The notes beneath the pieces are model-generated. The model saw only the letters and a program-made list of their open reading frames with translations. It ran no database searches and was not told the origin of the DNA. Below are positions 1-8,714 of a stretch of DNA of 64,000 nucleotides, piece after piece. Numbering within the stretch: the first letter of the stretch is position 1; the number at the start of each line of letters is the position of its first letter. The position numbers and the translations under genes are program-made. The stretch is from a virus (taxonomy: Duplodnaviria > Heunggongvirae > Uroviricota > Caudoviricetes), in IMG/VR virus record IMGVR_UViG_3300037455_000816. One strand, given 5' to 3'.

Positions 1-146
1 CCTACGCGGCCTTTGAGCGCGAAAGTTATCAGAAGGAGGTGAAACGCCTGAAGGGTATCATTGAGGAACTGGAGAAGGAGAATAATTTCTATGCCGACCT
101 TCTGGAGAAGAGTGGCGTGACTGTGAAATATAAAAAAGAAGAATAA
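1..146 (+). CDS. 3' end of a hypothetical coiled-coil protein (partial, runs off the window)
   Basis: Open frame from the window edge to TAA at 144-146; K/E-rich heptad-like sequence; same strand and tight spacing with the next gene. Confidence 0.35.
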   Translation, partial: YAAFERESYQKEVKRLKGIIEELEKENNFYADLLEKSGVTVKYKKEE

Positions 147-149
147 GAT

Positions 150-653
150 ATGAAACAACTCTGGGATATCATCAGAATCATCGAGAAGGCTTTGCAGCAC
201 AACGATGAAGGTGTAAAGGCTTACGCCCACCGCCTTGCGACGAAATACCGTCAGGAGGGCGACGATAGCTTTGCTGACTGCATCCTGTCCGCTATCGGCG
301 AGAAGACCGTGCCGATGGCGACGATGGATGAGAGTGGAGATCAGATGACTCCGAAGGTGGCCGTAAAATTCTTACGGCAGATATATCCTTACGGCGGTCA
401 CAGCTGGCTGGATGATCAGCGCACCCGTGCCATTGAAATGGCTATCGACGTGCTGGAGAAACAGGAGGATGCCTCTGTGGAGGAGCCTGAGCTGTTTGCG
501 CGTCTTATGAGCTGCCATGATGAGACGGGTATATTCCCGATGAAGAAGGTGGATAGAATTTTTCAGGGGAAACCTACCGACCCGGACCTGTTGACGGTGG
601 TATTGAAAGACGGCCAGCGTCACTACTGTGACGAGGTGGAGATTACGGAATAA
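150..653 (+). CDS. hypothetical protein
   Basis: 167-aa ORF, coding-like composition, 4-nt spacing to neighbours. Confidence 0.5.
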   Translation: MKQLWDIIRIIEKALQHNDEGVKAYAHRLATKYRQEGDDSFADCILSAIGEKTVPMATMDESGDQMTPKVAVKFLRQIYPYGGHSWLDDQRTRAIEMAIDVLEKQEDASVEEPELFARLMSCHDETGIFPMKKVDRIFQGKPTDPDLLTVVLKDGQRHYCDEVEITE

Positions 654-670
654 TAGAAAAGGCATATAGT

Positions 671-1156
671 ATGAGATCAATCTGGATAGCACGGGATAAG
701 GACGGCATAGCCTTCGTACACTTCAGGAAACCACATCTTGAAGGTGACGGTGTTTTCCGTGACGGCGGGCAGACAATGGTGTGCCGTGTCGCGCCCGAAG
801 AAGACCTGTTCCCTGAGATCAAGCCCGGCCAGATAGTGGAATACCGTGCCAGGGTGAATGATTTCCAGAAGCGGCAGGAGATAGAGGATTTCAACATCGT
901 GGATTTCTGCCTTGAAAACTACTATAATAAGACGATTGCCGGTGGTGTTGCTCTGAATCAGCCTTTCAAGGAACTCCACGACCGCTACGGCTGGAAATAC
1001 GCGGATATTCACGATAAGTTCAAGCGGGAGTTGGATGCCCGTGCGGACGTGCATATAACGCGCACTTCTGACATCTTCGTGAAGGGTGCTGAGAGGAAAC
1101 AGCTCCCTATATATAATGGCCAATGGTATTCACACCTCTATAAAAGAAAGGATTGA
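671..1156 (+). CDS. hypothetical protein
   Basis: 161-aa ORF; overlaps the next gene start by 4 nt (operon-like). Confidence 0.5.
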   Translation: MRSIWIARDKDGIAFVHFRKPHLEGDGVFRDGGQTMVCRVAPEEDLFPEIKPGQIVEYRARVNDFQKRQEIEDFNIVDFCLENYYNKTIAGGVALNQPFKELHDRYGWKYADIHDKFKRELDARADVHITRTSDIFVKGAERKQLPIYNGQWYSHLYKRKD

Positions 1157-1920
1157 GAATGAAGATACAGTATATGAGCGACCTCCATCTGGAGTTTACG
1201 CTGAATCAGGAATATATACATGATTTCTTTGAAGGCGAGACAGGAGATATTCTTCTGCTGGCAGGTGATATCATGTACCTGAAAGACTCCATATTCATTC
1301 GTCGTCGTTTCCTCACGGAACTGAGCCAGAAATATTCTCAGGTGCTGATCGTTCCTGGCAATCACGAGTTCTATGCCTATAACGACATCAAGGCTTATGG
1401 CGACTCCTGGCAGATAGAACTTCGTCCGAATATCCACTACTACTATAACAAGGTGGTGCATATCGGTGATACCGATTTTATCCTCTCTACGCTCTGGTCA
1501 AAGCTCGACCCTCTTCAGGAGAAGAGAATCCAGCAGGGTATGAGCGATTTCTACCAGATAGGCTATGATGGCGAGTGGCTGACACCCCGGCATTACAACG
1601 AGGAACATGAGAACTGCGTCAGGTTTATCCGTGATGCCGTAGAAAAATCAACGGCTGAGAAGATCGTGGTGGTCACCCATCATGCACCGTCCCTGCAGAC
1701 GGTTGCTCCACAACATCAGAACAGTATTCTCCGTTCGGCATTTGTCTCTGACCTCGAAGATCTGATCAGAAACAGCCGTATCGACTATTGGGTGTATGGT
1801 CATAGCCACACCAATATCGACTGTCAGGTGGGGCAGACAAAAATCATCTGCAACCAGCTCGGCTACGTCTCTTCAAACGAGCATCTTGGGTTTAACTATA
1901 ACAAATTCTTTGAGATATGA
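1153..1920 (+). CDS. calcineurin-like metallophosphoesterase
   Basis: Canonical metallophosphatase motifs in order: DLH (SDLHLE), GDI (LLLAGDIMY), GNHE (VPGNHEFY), THHAP, GHSH (VYGHSHTN). Confidence 0.8.
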   Translation: MRMKIQYMSDLHLEFTLNQEYIHDFFEGETGDILLLAGDIMYLKDSIFIRRRFLTELSQKYSQVLIVPGNHEFYAYNDIKAYGDSWQIELRPNIHYYYNKVVHIGDTDFILSTLWSKLDPLQEKRIQQGMSDFYQIGYDGEWLTPRHYNEEHENCVRFIRDAVEKSTAEKIVVVTHHAPSLQTVAPQHQNSILRSAFVSDLEDLIRNSRIDYWVYGHSHTNIDCQVGQTKIICNQLGYVSSNEHLGFNYNKFFEI

Positions 1921-2111
1921 AATCCGTAGAATATATCATCGATAACGTGGACGGCTCGATCTCCCTGCATAAGGGCGACCGTCTGGTGAAGAATGACCTC
2001 GCCGATAACAAGGGTGAGACCATCGGCGTACTGACAGCACGGCTGATAGGAGCCATTGAACAGCTTCGCAACGGCGAAAGCCTGCATATCACATTCACTA
2101 AAATGGAATAG
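1917..2111 (+). CDS. small hypothetical protein
   Basis: 64-aa ORF overlapping the upstream stop by 4 nt. Confidence 0.35.
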   Translation: MKSVEYIIDNVDGSISLHKGDRLVKNDLADNKGETIGVLTARLIGAIEQLRNGESLHITFTKME

Positions 2112-2112
2112 T

Positions 2113-2415
2113 ATGCAGGAGCTGTGCAATGAACTTAACAAACACCTCCCTTGTAAGAACCAGGAGGATGTGGATGCCCTGACTAAGCTGTTACAAGACG
2201 GTATCGACGGCGACCCCGATAAACATATCTACTGGAGCCGTGAGATATACATCGACGCTGGCATGAACGAGGACAGATGTCTGAATATCCTCATTCACAG
2301 TCCAAACGTTATGTTCGTACCGTCGGAGGATCCCGTGGAGCATCCTGGGGTAGTGGTGAGATATAAACATGAGGTCGGGGTTAAAAATATCCCTCCCGGC
2401 GTGTTATACAACTGA
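2113..2415 (+). CDS. hypothetical protein (ORF-track 2056..2415 trimmed to the first ATG after the upstream stop)
   Basis: ATG at 2113 directly after the TAG at 2109-2111; the longer start would overlap the previous gene in another frame. Confidence 0.4.
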   Translation: MQELCNELNKHLPCKNQEDVDALTKLLQDGIDGDPDKHIYWSREIYIDAGMNEDRCLNILIHSPNVMFVPSEDPVEHPGVVVRYKHEVGVKNIPPGVLYN

Positions 2416-2435
2416 TAAATTAAAATTGATAACTT

Positions 2436-3539
2436 ATGGCAAGAAAAAACCGTACATCACAAGAGCTGCCGATCCAGTTTCCTAAACTGGACTACACATT
2501 TGCAGATTTCTTCTGCGGCTGTGGCGGCTTCTCTCTTGGATTTATCCAAGCTGGGCTGAAATGTATCTCTGCGATGGATATCAGCCCGGAGGCTTTGGCG
2601 ACATACTGGTATAATCTGTGCTATAAGACATGGAGCCACCTATGGGTGGATCAGAACAATACCAAGGCCATCAACGCCATCAGGAAATGGTCTAACAATG
2701 GTGAGACGCAAAATTTCCTATTCCCGAAAGGTGTGCCTGACAACTGGCTCGAAGTTCCTGAGCCGATGCCGTGCCTTAACCTCTTCTGTTACTCCATACT
2801 GGATATGGAGCCGGAGGAATGGATGGAATACTGCGGTGTGAGGCCGGGCGACATAAAAATTTTTATAGGCGGGCCTCCCTGTCAGGGTTTCAGCATGGCC
2901 AACGAGAAACGGAGCGTGTACGACGAGCGTAACCAGCTCCCGCTTCGTTACCTTTACTACGCAAAGGTGGCCAAGCCCGACTACGTTCTGGTTGAGAACG
3001 TTCCTGGCCTACTTAGTTTGGGTAAGAAAAAAGGAGAGAAAGAAGGCCCGTTTGTCAGGTGGATCCGTGAGGCGTTTGATGATGCAGGTTATGACATGGA
3101 ATATGCGGTGCATAACGCTGCCGACTACGGCGTACCTCAGAACCGTCACAGGGTGATATTCCTCGGAATACGCAAGGGTGTTTCCAAATGGTCGTTCCCT
3201 GAAGGACAGTACGGAGAAGGCCCCGGAAAGATACCGTACCAGACAGTCATGGAGGCCATAGGCCACCTGCCTCCCATCAGAGCGGGAGAGCAGTGGGGAA
3301 AGGATGTTCTGCATCCTTACGGCCTGAATAAGATGGACGGCTATGTCATCTGTCCCCGTTGCCTGCAATACAACAGGGAGGAACGTGCTGCCTGCGTACA
3401 CTGCGGATTCCCGCTGGATAATCCCATCAACGGCGGTGTGATTCGGGTGCCTGGCTTCGGAACGCTTGTTGACACGAAAAAGCCCGTTGATAACGAGATA
3501 ATGAGAAAATACAGTTTGTTGTTTAATATAAAAGATTAA
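2436..3539 (+). CDS. DNA (cytosine-5)-methyltransferase with C-terminal Zn-ribbon
   Basis: Motif I FFCGCGGFSLGF (FxGxGG), motif IV GGPPCQGFS (PCQ), motif VI ENV (LVENVPGL), QNR motif; C-terminal CPRC...CVHC zinc-ribbon-like cysteines. Confidence 0.85.
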   Translation: MARKNRTSQELPIQFPKLDYTFADFFCGCGGFSLGFIQAGLKCISAMDISPEALATYWYNLCYKTWSHLWVDQNNTKAINAIRKWSNNGETQNFLFPKGVPDNWLEVPEPMPCLNLFCYSILDMEPEEWMEYCGVRPGDIKIFIGGPPCQGFSMANEKRSVYDERNQLPLRYLYYAKVAKPDYVLVENVPGLLSLGKKKGEKEGPFVRWIREAFDDAGYDMEYAVHNAADYGVPQNRHRVIFLGIRKGVSKWSFPEGQYGEGPGKIPYQTVMEAIGHLPPIRAGEQWGKDVLHPYGLNKMDGYVICPRCLQYNREERAACVHCGFPLDNPINGGVIRVPGFGTLVDTKKPVDNEIMRKYSLLFNIKD

Positions 3540-3543
3540 GATT

Positions 3544-3771
3544 ATGACAGAACTAAGAGACTTTTACAACGAAGAGGATCTTGATAAGATGCTCTATGAA
3601 GGTGAGATTACGCATCTCCAGTATGTACAGCATCACTCACAGCAGATGAAGGATGACTTTGAGAAATTTTGCCGCAAGAACAACCTCGAAGAGAATGAGG
3701 AAGCGGCCAATAAATTTAAAGACCATCTGCTGAAGAGTGAAGAAGATGCACATACCGACCTGATCGACTAA
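3544..3771 (+). CDS. small acidic hypothetical protein
   Basis: 75-aa ORF, 4 nt after the methyltransferase stop. Confidence 0.4.
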   Translation: MTELRDFYNEEDLDKMLYEGEITHLQYVQHHSQQMKDDFEKFCRKNNLEENEEAANKFKDHLLKSEEDAHTDLID

Positions 3772-3844
3772 CGGATATTCAGCCAAATCCTTCTATATGA
3801 GAATCCCGCCGCGAGCGAAATGCCGTGACGGGGTTTTTCTTTTT

Positions 3845-4055
3845 CCGTCGGAAAACTGATAAAAACGAAAAAAACGGAAAAATTCAGTCTGCGTTACCCG
3901 TTTTGGGTCAAATCGTTACTGATAATGTTACTGGTTTTCTGTTTTAGGGGTATTTCGTGCTGAAATCAGCGGAAAATTCAGTTTTTCAGCCAATTTTTCA
4001 GTATCTTTGCTGATTTTTCAGTAACGACGTTACCGTTGGCGTTACTGGTTTTTGC
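3845..4055. repeat. iteron-like cluster of short direct and inverted repeats (GGAAAA(T)TCAG x3, TTTTCAG x4, GTTACTGG/CAGTAAC)
   Basis: Seen directly in the 350-nt non-coding gap between the + strand block and the - strand block. Confidence 0.45.
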
Positions 4056-4349
4056 AAACAAAAACCCCAGTCAACTCGTGGCCGGGGCAAAACAAATAAA
4101 CTAAAGTGAATCAAAATCATCATCTGTGAAATGATCGGTGATGTTCGGCCTCCTTCTTTTCTTTGTCGGAGCCTTGTTTCTTGTCTGGAGAATAATGCTG
4201 ATCCTCTCCGTCAACGATACCGTCACCATTGGTATCTACACCGGCGGACTGGCCATCTTCCCGGAGGTCGATCTTTTCTCCCTCCTCACGCCTTTCTTCC
4301 TGTCTTTCCATGACATTCTGCCAGGCTTTCAGCTTTTTCAGAAACTCCT

Positions 4350-6602
4350 TCATAATCCTATAATGACTTTCTTGCCGTCCTTGATGTAGATTCCCCGTTT
4401 GGGATTGGTGACACGCTGGCCAGACAAGGTATAATAATACCTGCTGTCTGTCTGTTTCTGCGTCTTTATAGGCATGATAGCCAGAGTTGGGTCGGGATAA
4501 CCCCTGCCTAACAACTCGTGGAAATACGGGTACTGGAAAATGGCTCTCAGGGAGTGACGGGCTGACTTTGAAGCAGACTCCTTTTCTCCTGTGGTCATAT
4601 TACAGACCCACGCCATGTTTGCAGGATCCTCTACGTCCTCGGTGCTTGACCAATACCATGCGGAATTATCATTATTGGTAATGGACTTGACATTATCGCC
4701 GGAGGTCTTCATCTGTTTGAGCATCCTGTTAATATGGTAGCTGGCATTTTGCAGAAGCATCGCCTCGGCAACACTCGGAGCATAGAATCTTGCTCCTTCC
4801 TTGTTTAAGGTGATCAGATAATCACCAATCGGCGAAGTCCAGGAGTGGGTGAAAAGGCTGCTGTTATCAATACCGTCATACGCCTTAGTGTCACAGCTGG
4901 TTCCGAAATTATACGGCAAGGTAGAACTGAAAGCTACGCTGCTTTCGTTGGTGTTTACAGCCAAAACGGGATGTCTGTCTGTCTTCGTGGCGAAGATCAG
5001 ACCCGTCGCTTCAATCTTCATGGTGTCCTTGATAATGAAATAATCCTTCATGGTGACAATCGTATCATTGTCACAGATAAGGTATTCATTGAACACCAGA
5101 GGATCTTGCGGCTTATAGTCACCCCTGAAAGCGGCTTTGTCGCAATAAAGGAAAGCTCCGATATCTGATGCCTTTTCTGCACCTTTCACGTCAACCTTTC
5201 CAAGGTTCTCGCAAAGGGCAAAGGCGTAAGCATCTATCTCCTTCACACTCTCAGGGATGGAAACCTCCTGAAGATGCTTGCACTCATAGAAAGCGTATGA
5301 GCCAATGCCCGTGATTCCTTCCTCAATGACAACCTTTTCAATCTTGTCACGGAAGTTCCACCAGGGAGTCAGCTTTGCATCCTCCTCCTTCTCGGCGGCA
5401 CGGGTGAAGGCAAACTCATCTTCGGTTTCCTTATCCGTCCAATCGGCTGTTGCTACGCTATAGGTGATAGGCGTGAGGGTGTTCGGGCTGAAAGGCCCCT
5501 TGAACTCAAAAGTGTAGATATAACGCTTGTTCCTGTCCCAATTAGCATGGAACGGGAAATAGATCGCGCTGCTCTCATCGCTGCTGAGAATAACGTCACC
5601 GTCCTTTTCCAGCCTGACACGGAGTTTCAGGTATGCGCCTACGGCGGGTGCGCTCGTCATACCTCCGGCCTTCAGCTCGTCGGTATTGGTGGCACTCCAC
5701 GCATCGGTGCGCTGTGGAAGGAGATACCAGACATTCCTTTTCTCGCTGTCTCTCTTCGTGAGGTCGAAAGGAACGCCTGCGGTGGCGTTTTTGCCCTGTT
5801 CCCACACGTTTGCCTCCAGATCTTCACCTGTCAGTCTGTAAACGGCTGGGTCGGCGGTATTGACATAATTCTTTCCTGCAAAGAAAGAACCGTTGCTATC
5901 GTAGGTCAAAGCACCCTTGCTGCCAATGTTTCCAAGGGTGATCTCCTCAATCACCACCTTGGTAACGGCACCGTTGGCGGGGAGCTTGCCCTTAAAGACT
6001 ATCTGGGATAGTGCGTGACTGAAATCATAGTCCACAATACCGTCGTTATCATATTTGCCTATGTCGCTGGAAGCGGCAAACAGAATATCCTCCTGATCAG
6101 CTGCATCAGTAGGAATGATAACGCCCGTAGTAACGGAAACGTCAAGACTCGTTTCGTCCTGTTTGACGGTATTCTTAACGATACTCTTGGAGCTGGCTGG
6201 TGCTATGGCCACGAAGTTCATGGGGTTCTTCGTCCAGAACTGCTGCTGGCCATACGTCCACACGTCATCCATGCGGGTGACGGCCTTTCCCTCAGAACCG
6301 GAAACGCCGAAGGTTAAACCTCCGTCCAGGGCATCGTAGCCCCACGTCTGGAAATTACTGAAGGACATGATATCGGCAGAGGCATCAAAGCCGATACCGA
6401 TGGGGATGGGGTCAAGTATCTTTCCCTCACCCCTGATATAAAGGGTCTTGGTGGACTCCTCAAAGGTGTAGCTCACATTCGGGCCACACTTCCCGGTATT
6501 GTCGGCCATGGCCGCTACCGGAAGCACCATAAGAAATGATAGTAAAAGTTTTCTCATAAAATCATATATTTTAATTAGACACAATCTTTCTTCTTGCTCC
6601 AT
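4350..6602 (-). CDS. fimbrillin-like N-terminal domain + BspA-type leucine-rich repeats + DUF1566/Lcl-like domain + type IX C-terminal sorting motif (Mfa5-like tip adhesin candidate)
   Basis: N-terminal half is a close paralogue of the fimbrillin at 20990-22207 (FSHALSQIVFKGKLPANGAVTKVVIEEITLGNIG vs FKHALSQIVFKGKLPTSGAVTKVTIAEITLGNIG). BspA-LRR pattern IPESVKEIDAYAFALCENL. DUF1566-like AWYWSSTE. C-terminus YYYTLSGQRVTNPKRGIYIKDGKKVIIGL resembles a type IX sorting domain. Signal peptide MRKLLLSFLMVLPVAAMA, so the true start is probably the internal Met near 6554. Confidence 0.65.
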   Translation of the reverse strand: MEQEERLCLIKIYDFMRKLLLSFLMVLPVAAMADNTGKCGPNVSYTFEESTKTLYIRGEGKILDPIPIGIGFDASADIMSFSNFQTWGYDALDGGLTFGVSGSEGKAVTRMDDVWTYGQQQFWTKNPMNFVAIAPASSKSIVKNTVKQDETSLDVSVTTGVIIPTDAADQEDILFAASSDIGKYDNDGIVDYDFSHALSQIVFKGKLPANGAVTKVVIEEITLGNIGSKGALTYDSNGSFFAGKNYVNTADPAVYRLTGEDLEANVWEQGKNATAGVPFDLTKRDSEKRNVWYLLPQRTDAWSATNTDELKAGGMTSAPAVGAYLKLRVRLEKDGDVILSSDESSAIYFPFHANWDRNKRYIYTFEFKGPFSPNTLTPITYSVATADWTDKETEDEFAFTRAAEKEEDAKLTPWWNFRDKIEKVVIEEGITGIGSYAFYECKHLQEVSIPESVKEIDAYAFALCENLGKVDVKGAEKASDIGAFLYCDKAAFRGDYKPQDPLVFNEYLICDNDTIVTMKDYFIIKDTMKIEATGLIFATKTDRHPVLAVNTNESSVAFSSTLPYNFGTSCDTKAYDGIDNSSLFTHSWTSPIGDYLITLNKEGARFYAPSVAEAMLLQNASYHINRMLKQMKTSGDNVKSITNNDNSAWYWSSTEDVEDPANMAWVCNMTTGEKESASKSARHSLRAIFQYPYFHELLGRGYPDPTLAIMPIKTQKQTDSRYYYTLSGQRVTNPKRGIYIKDGKKVIIGL

Positions 6603-6702
6603 TCCACATACTTGCGCAGCTTCAGGCAGTATTTACCGTTGATGCAGTTGCGTAACTGCTCACAGCCCTCACAGACGTGCGTAGTGTACGGCTTCATGGG
6701 CG

Positions 6703-8136
6703 TTATCGGCTTAGTCCGACACTGTGCTGCTCACGACGCTCGCCAATGGCGAGGCCGATGGCTTCATCACGCACGTCATCGATCCACCTGTCAGGCACAA
6801 GTTCCTCTCTCATCTGCTTGCGCATACCCTCCACGAGGTCGCGGAAAATAAGCTCCCGTGATACGTGTTCGGGGAAGAGGGTGGTGTATCTTTCAAGGGC
6901 TGCTACGTGCGCATCCGTAAAGGCTGCATCCCGTGACTTATCCTTTGCACGTTCCATAATGGCGGCCTTGGCCTGCGGGATGACGATATCATTCCTGTCT
7001 TCGTCCGTCTGGATCCAACGGTAGGCCCTGTTAGTCATAATCTCCGATAACATTCCCTGCTTGCCGTCAAGCGGCCAGCTGAATGTCTCGTTATTGCCCT
7101 TGCGGGCTTCAGGGCTGTGGGGATGCCGGAAGGTTACCGTTCCCTTGTCTAAGTCAATGGCGGTAATCTCCAGATCATTGTCAGAGCAAAGGCGGTCAAT
7201 CCTGAACCGGCTGCCGACGGTGATCCCGGCCTTGGAAAGTCTGTCCTCACGCTCGGCCCGCTTCTGCTGCTGTATGTAATGCTCGATAACCTGCTTCGGT
7301 GCCAGCTCGAACTTGATGATAGGGTCGATGAAATGCAATTCTCCCTTATCATCCTTGATACAGTTATCTCCCCACACGTCGGTAAAGGAAACATAACCGT
7401 CGGTGTACCAGAAACCATCAGGAGTAAGCTCAAAGCCTCGCTCCTTGAACCAATCCTTTATTTCATCTTTCGTCGGAACATCTTCTGCATAGATGAAAGG
7501 CTGTTCAAAAGCGAATCGGACACCTCCGCTAACAGGATCCTGACTAACGCCTAAAAGGCGATAGCTTGCGTCACCGAAAAAATGATTATGAATATGATGC
7601 TCATAAAGCGCGTGATAGGGGTTGTCATTCTTCAAAGATACATAAGCAAAGGGATCTTTGAACTTTACTACACGCTTATTTCTCTCGTCAAGGAATACGA
7701 TACTTTCACCACTTGGTTTATTTTCGCGGTTGCCAAACGTTTCCCAAATGGTGGAAGGTATGTAATCACCTACCTTCTTAGCGACTTCGATGAGTCGTTC
7801 TGCCTCGCTGCTGATCTCAGCTCTCGCGTTTCCCAGCCTATCATCAGGAGATCCAGACGGTAGCCCTTCTTCATACACGAGAGTATCCCAGCGGCTACCC
7901 AAGGTTTGGCGTCCTTGGGCCTGGATTGCGTGAACTCCCAGGCGTTCATACCGCTGGCCAGCGTAGTGGCCTTCAGCTGCTGTTCTTGTTCGGCTGTAAT
8001 TGTCTGTGCCATAATTATTTTTCTTTATACCATTATCATGGTGCAAAGATACAAAATTATCCTGAGATATGCAAGCAATTTGGGTATTTTTTTGAGGTTT
8101 TTTCTCTTCCATAACTGTTAAATAATTATAACACAA
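6703..8136 (-). CDS. hypothetical protein (conjugative-element-associated; start may be the second ATG at 8112)
   Basis: 477-aa ORF downstream of the topoisomerase III operon on the same strand; no motif I can name with confidence. Confidence 0.5.
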   Translation of the reverse strand: MCYNYLTVMEEKKPQKNTQIACISQDNFVSLHHDNGIKKNNYGTDNYSRTRTAAEGHYAGQRYERLGVHAIQAQGRQTLGSRWDTLVYEEGLPSGSPDDRLGNARAEISSEAERLIEVAKKVGDYIPSTIWETFGNRENKPSGESIVFLDERNKRVVKFKDPFAYVSLKNDNPYHALYEHHIHNHFFGDASYRLLGVSQDPVSGGVRFAFEQPFIYAEDVPTKDEIKDWFKERGFELTPDGFWYTDGYVSFTDVWGDNCIKDDKGELHFIDPIIKFELAPKQVIEHYIQQQKRAEREDRLSKAGITVGSRFRIDRLCSDNDLEITAIDLDKGTVTFRHPHSPEARKGNNETFSWPLDGKQGMLSEIMTNRAYRWIQTDEDRNDIVIPQAKAAIMERAKDKSRDAAFTDAHVAALERYTTLFPEHVSRELIFRDLVEGMRKQMREELVPDRWIDDVRDEAIGLAIGERREQHSVGLSR

Positions 8137-8261
8137 TCAAGTTCGGTTGAAACTCACGAAAGATAGTCACCTTTCTCCATAAAAGCACTCATCACGGAGA
8201 ATACCGCCGTGGCTGCAAGGATCACAAAAAGGATAATATTCTGTATCATAAGCACCTGAAA

Positions 8262-8714
8262 TTAACATAACAAATTAACCCACCACTTGTTTTTCTTACT
8301 CTTCATCGACTCGATAAAGTCATTGATGGTATTCGTAGCCTGCTGGAGCCTGCTCACCTCCTGGCGCAGTTCCTCGACCTCTGCAGATGCAAAGTCAAGG
8401 ACTGTCTGCTGGCCTTTCAGGTCAGGATTCTCCAGTCGGCGAATCAGCTCCTTGACGCACCAGACAAGCATACGGTTACGCCTGCCTTTGACATTCTTAG
8501 GCATGAGCGTCTGAAGCATGGGGTTCCTCAGCAGCTCATGGAGCTGGTCGGAATCCTCCTGGGAATACACAACGTGCTTGTGCTTTCCCTGCTTCTTAAC
8601 CGTAACCTCCTCCCTGACGATATTCTCATCAGGAAAGAGGTTGCTGTTGTTATCTCTGGGTGCATCCATATCACTTCTGCTTGCTGATCCTGCAACCGGT
8701 GGTCTTATACTCAC
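8262..8714 (-). CDS. hypothetical coiled-coil protein
   Basis: 150-aa ORF overlapping the 3' end of the topoisomerase gene by 44 nt; C-terminal heptad repeats. Confidence 0.45.
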   Translation of the reverse strand: MSIRPPVAGSASRSDMDAPRDNNSNLFPDENIVREEVTVKKQGKHKHVVYSQEDSDQLHELLRNPMLQTLMPKNVKGRRNRMLVWCVKELIRRLENPDLKGQQTVLDFASAEVEELRQEVSRLQQATNTINDFIESMKSKKNKWWVNLLC

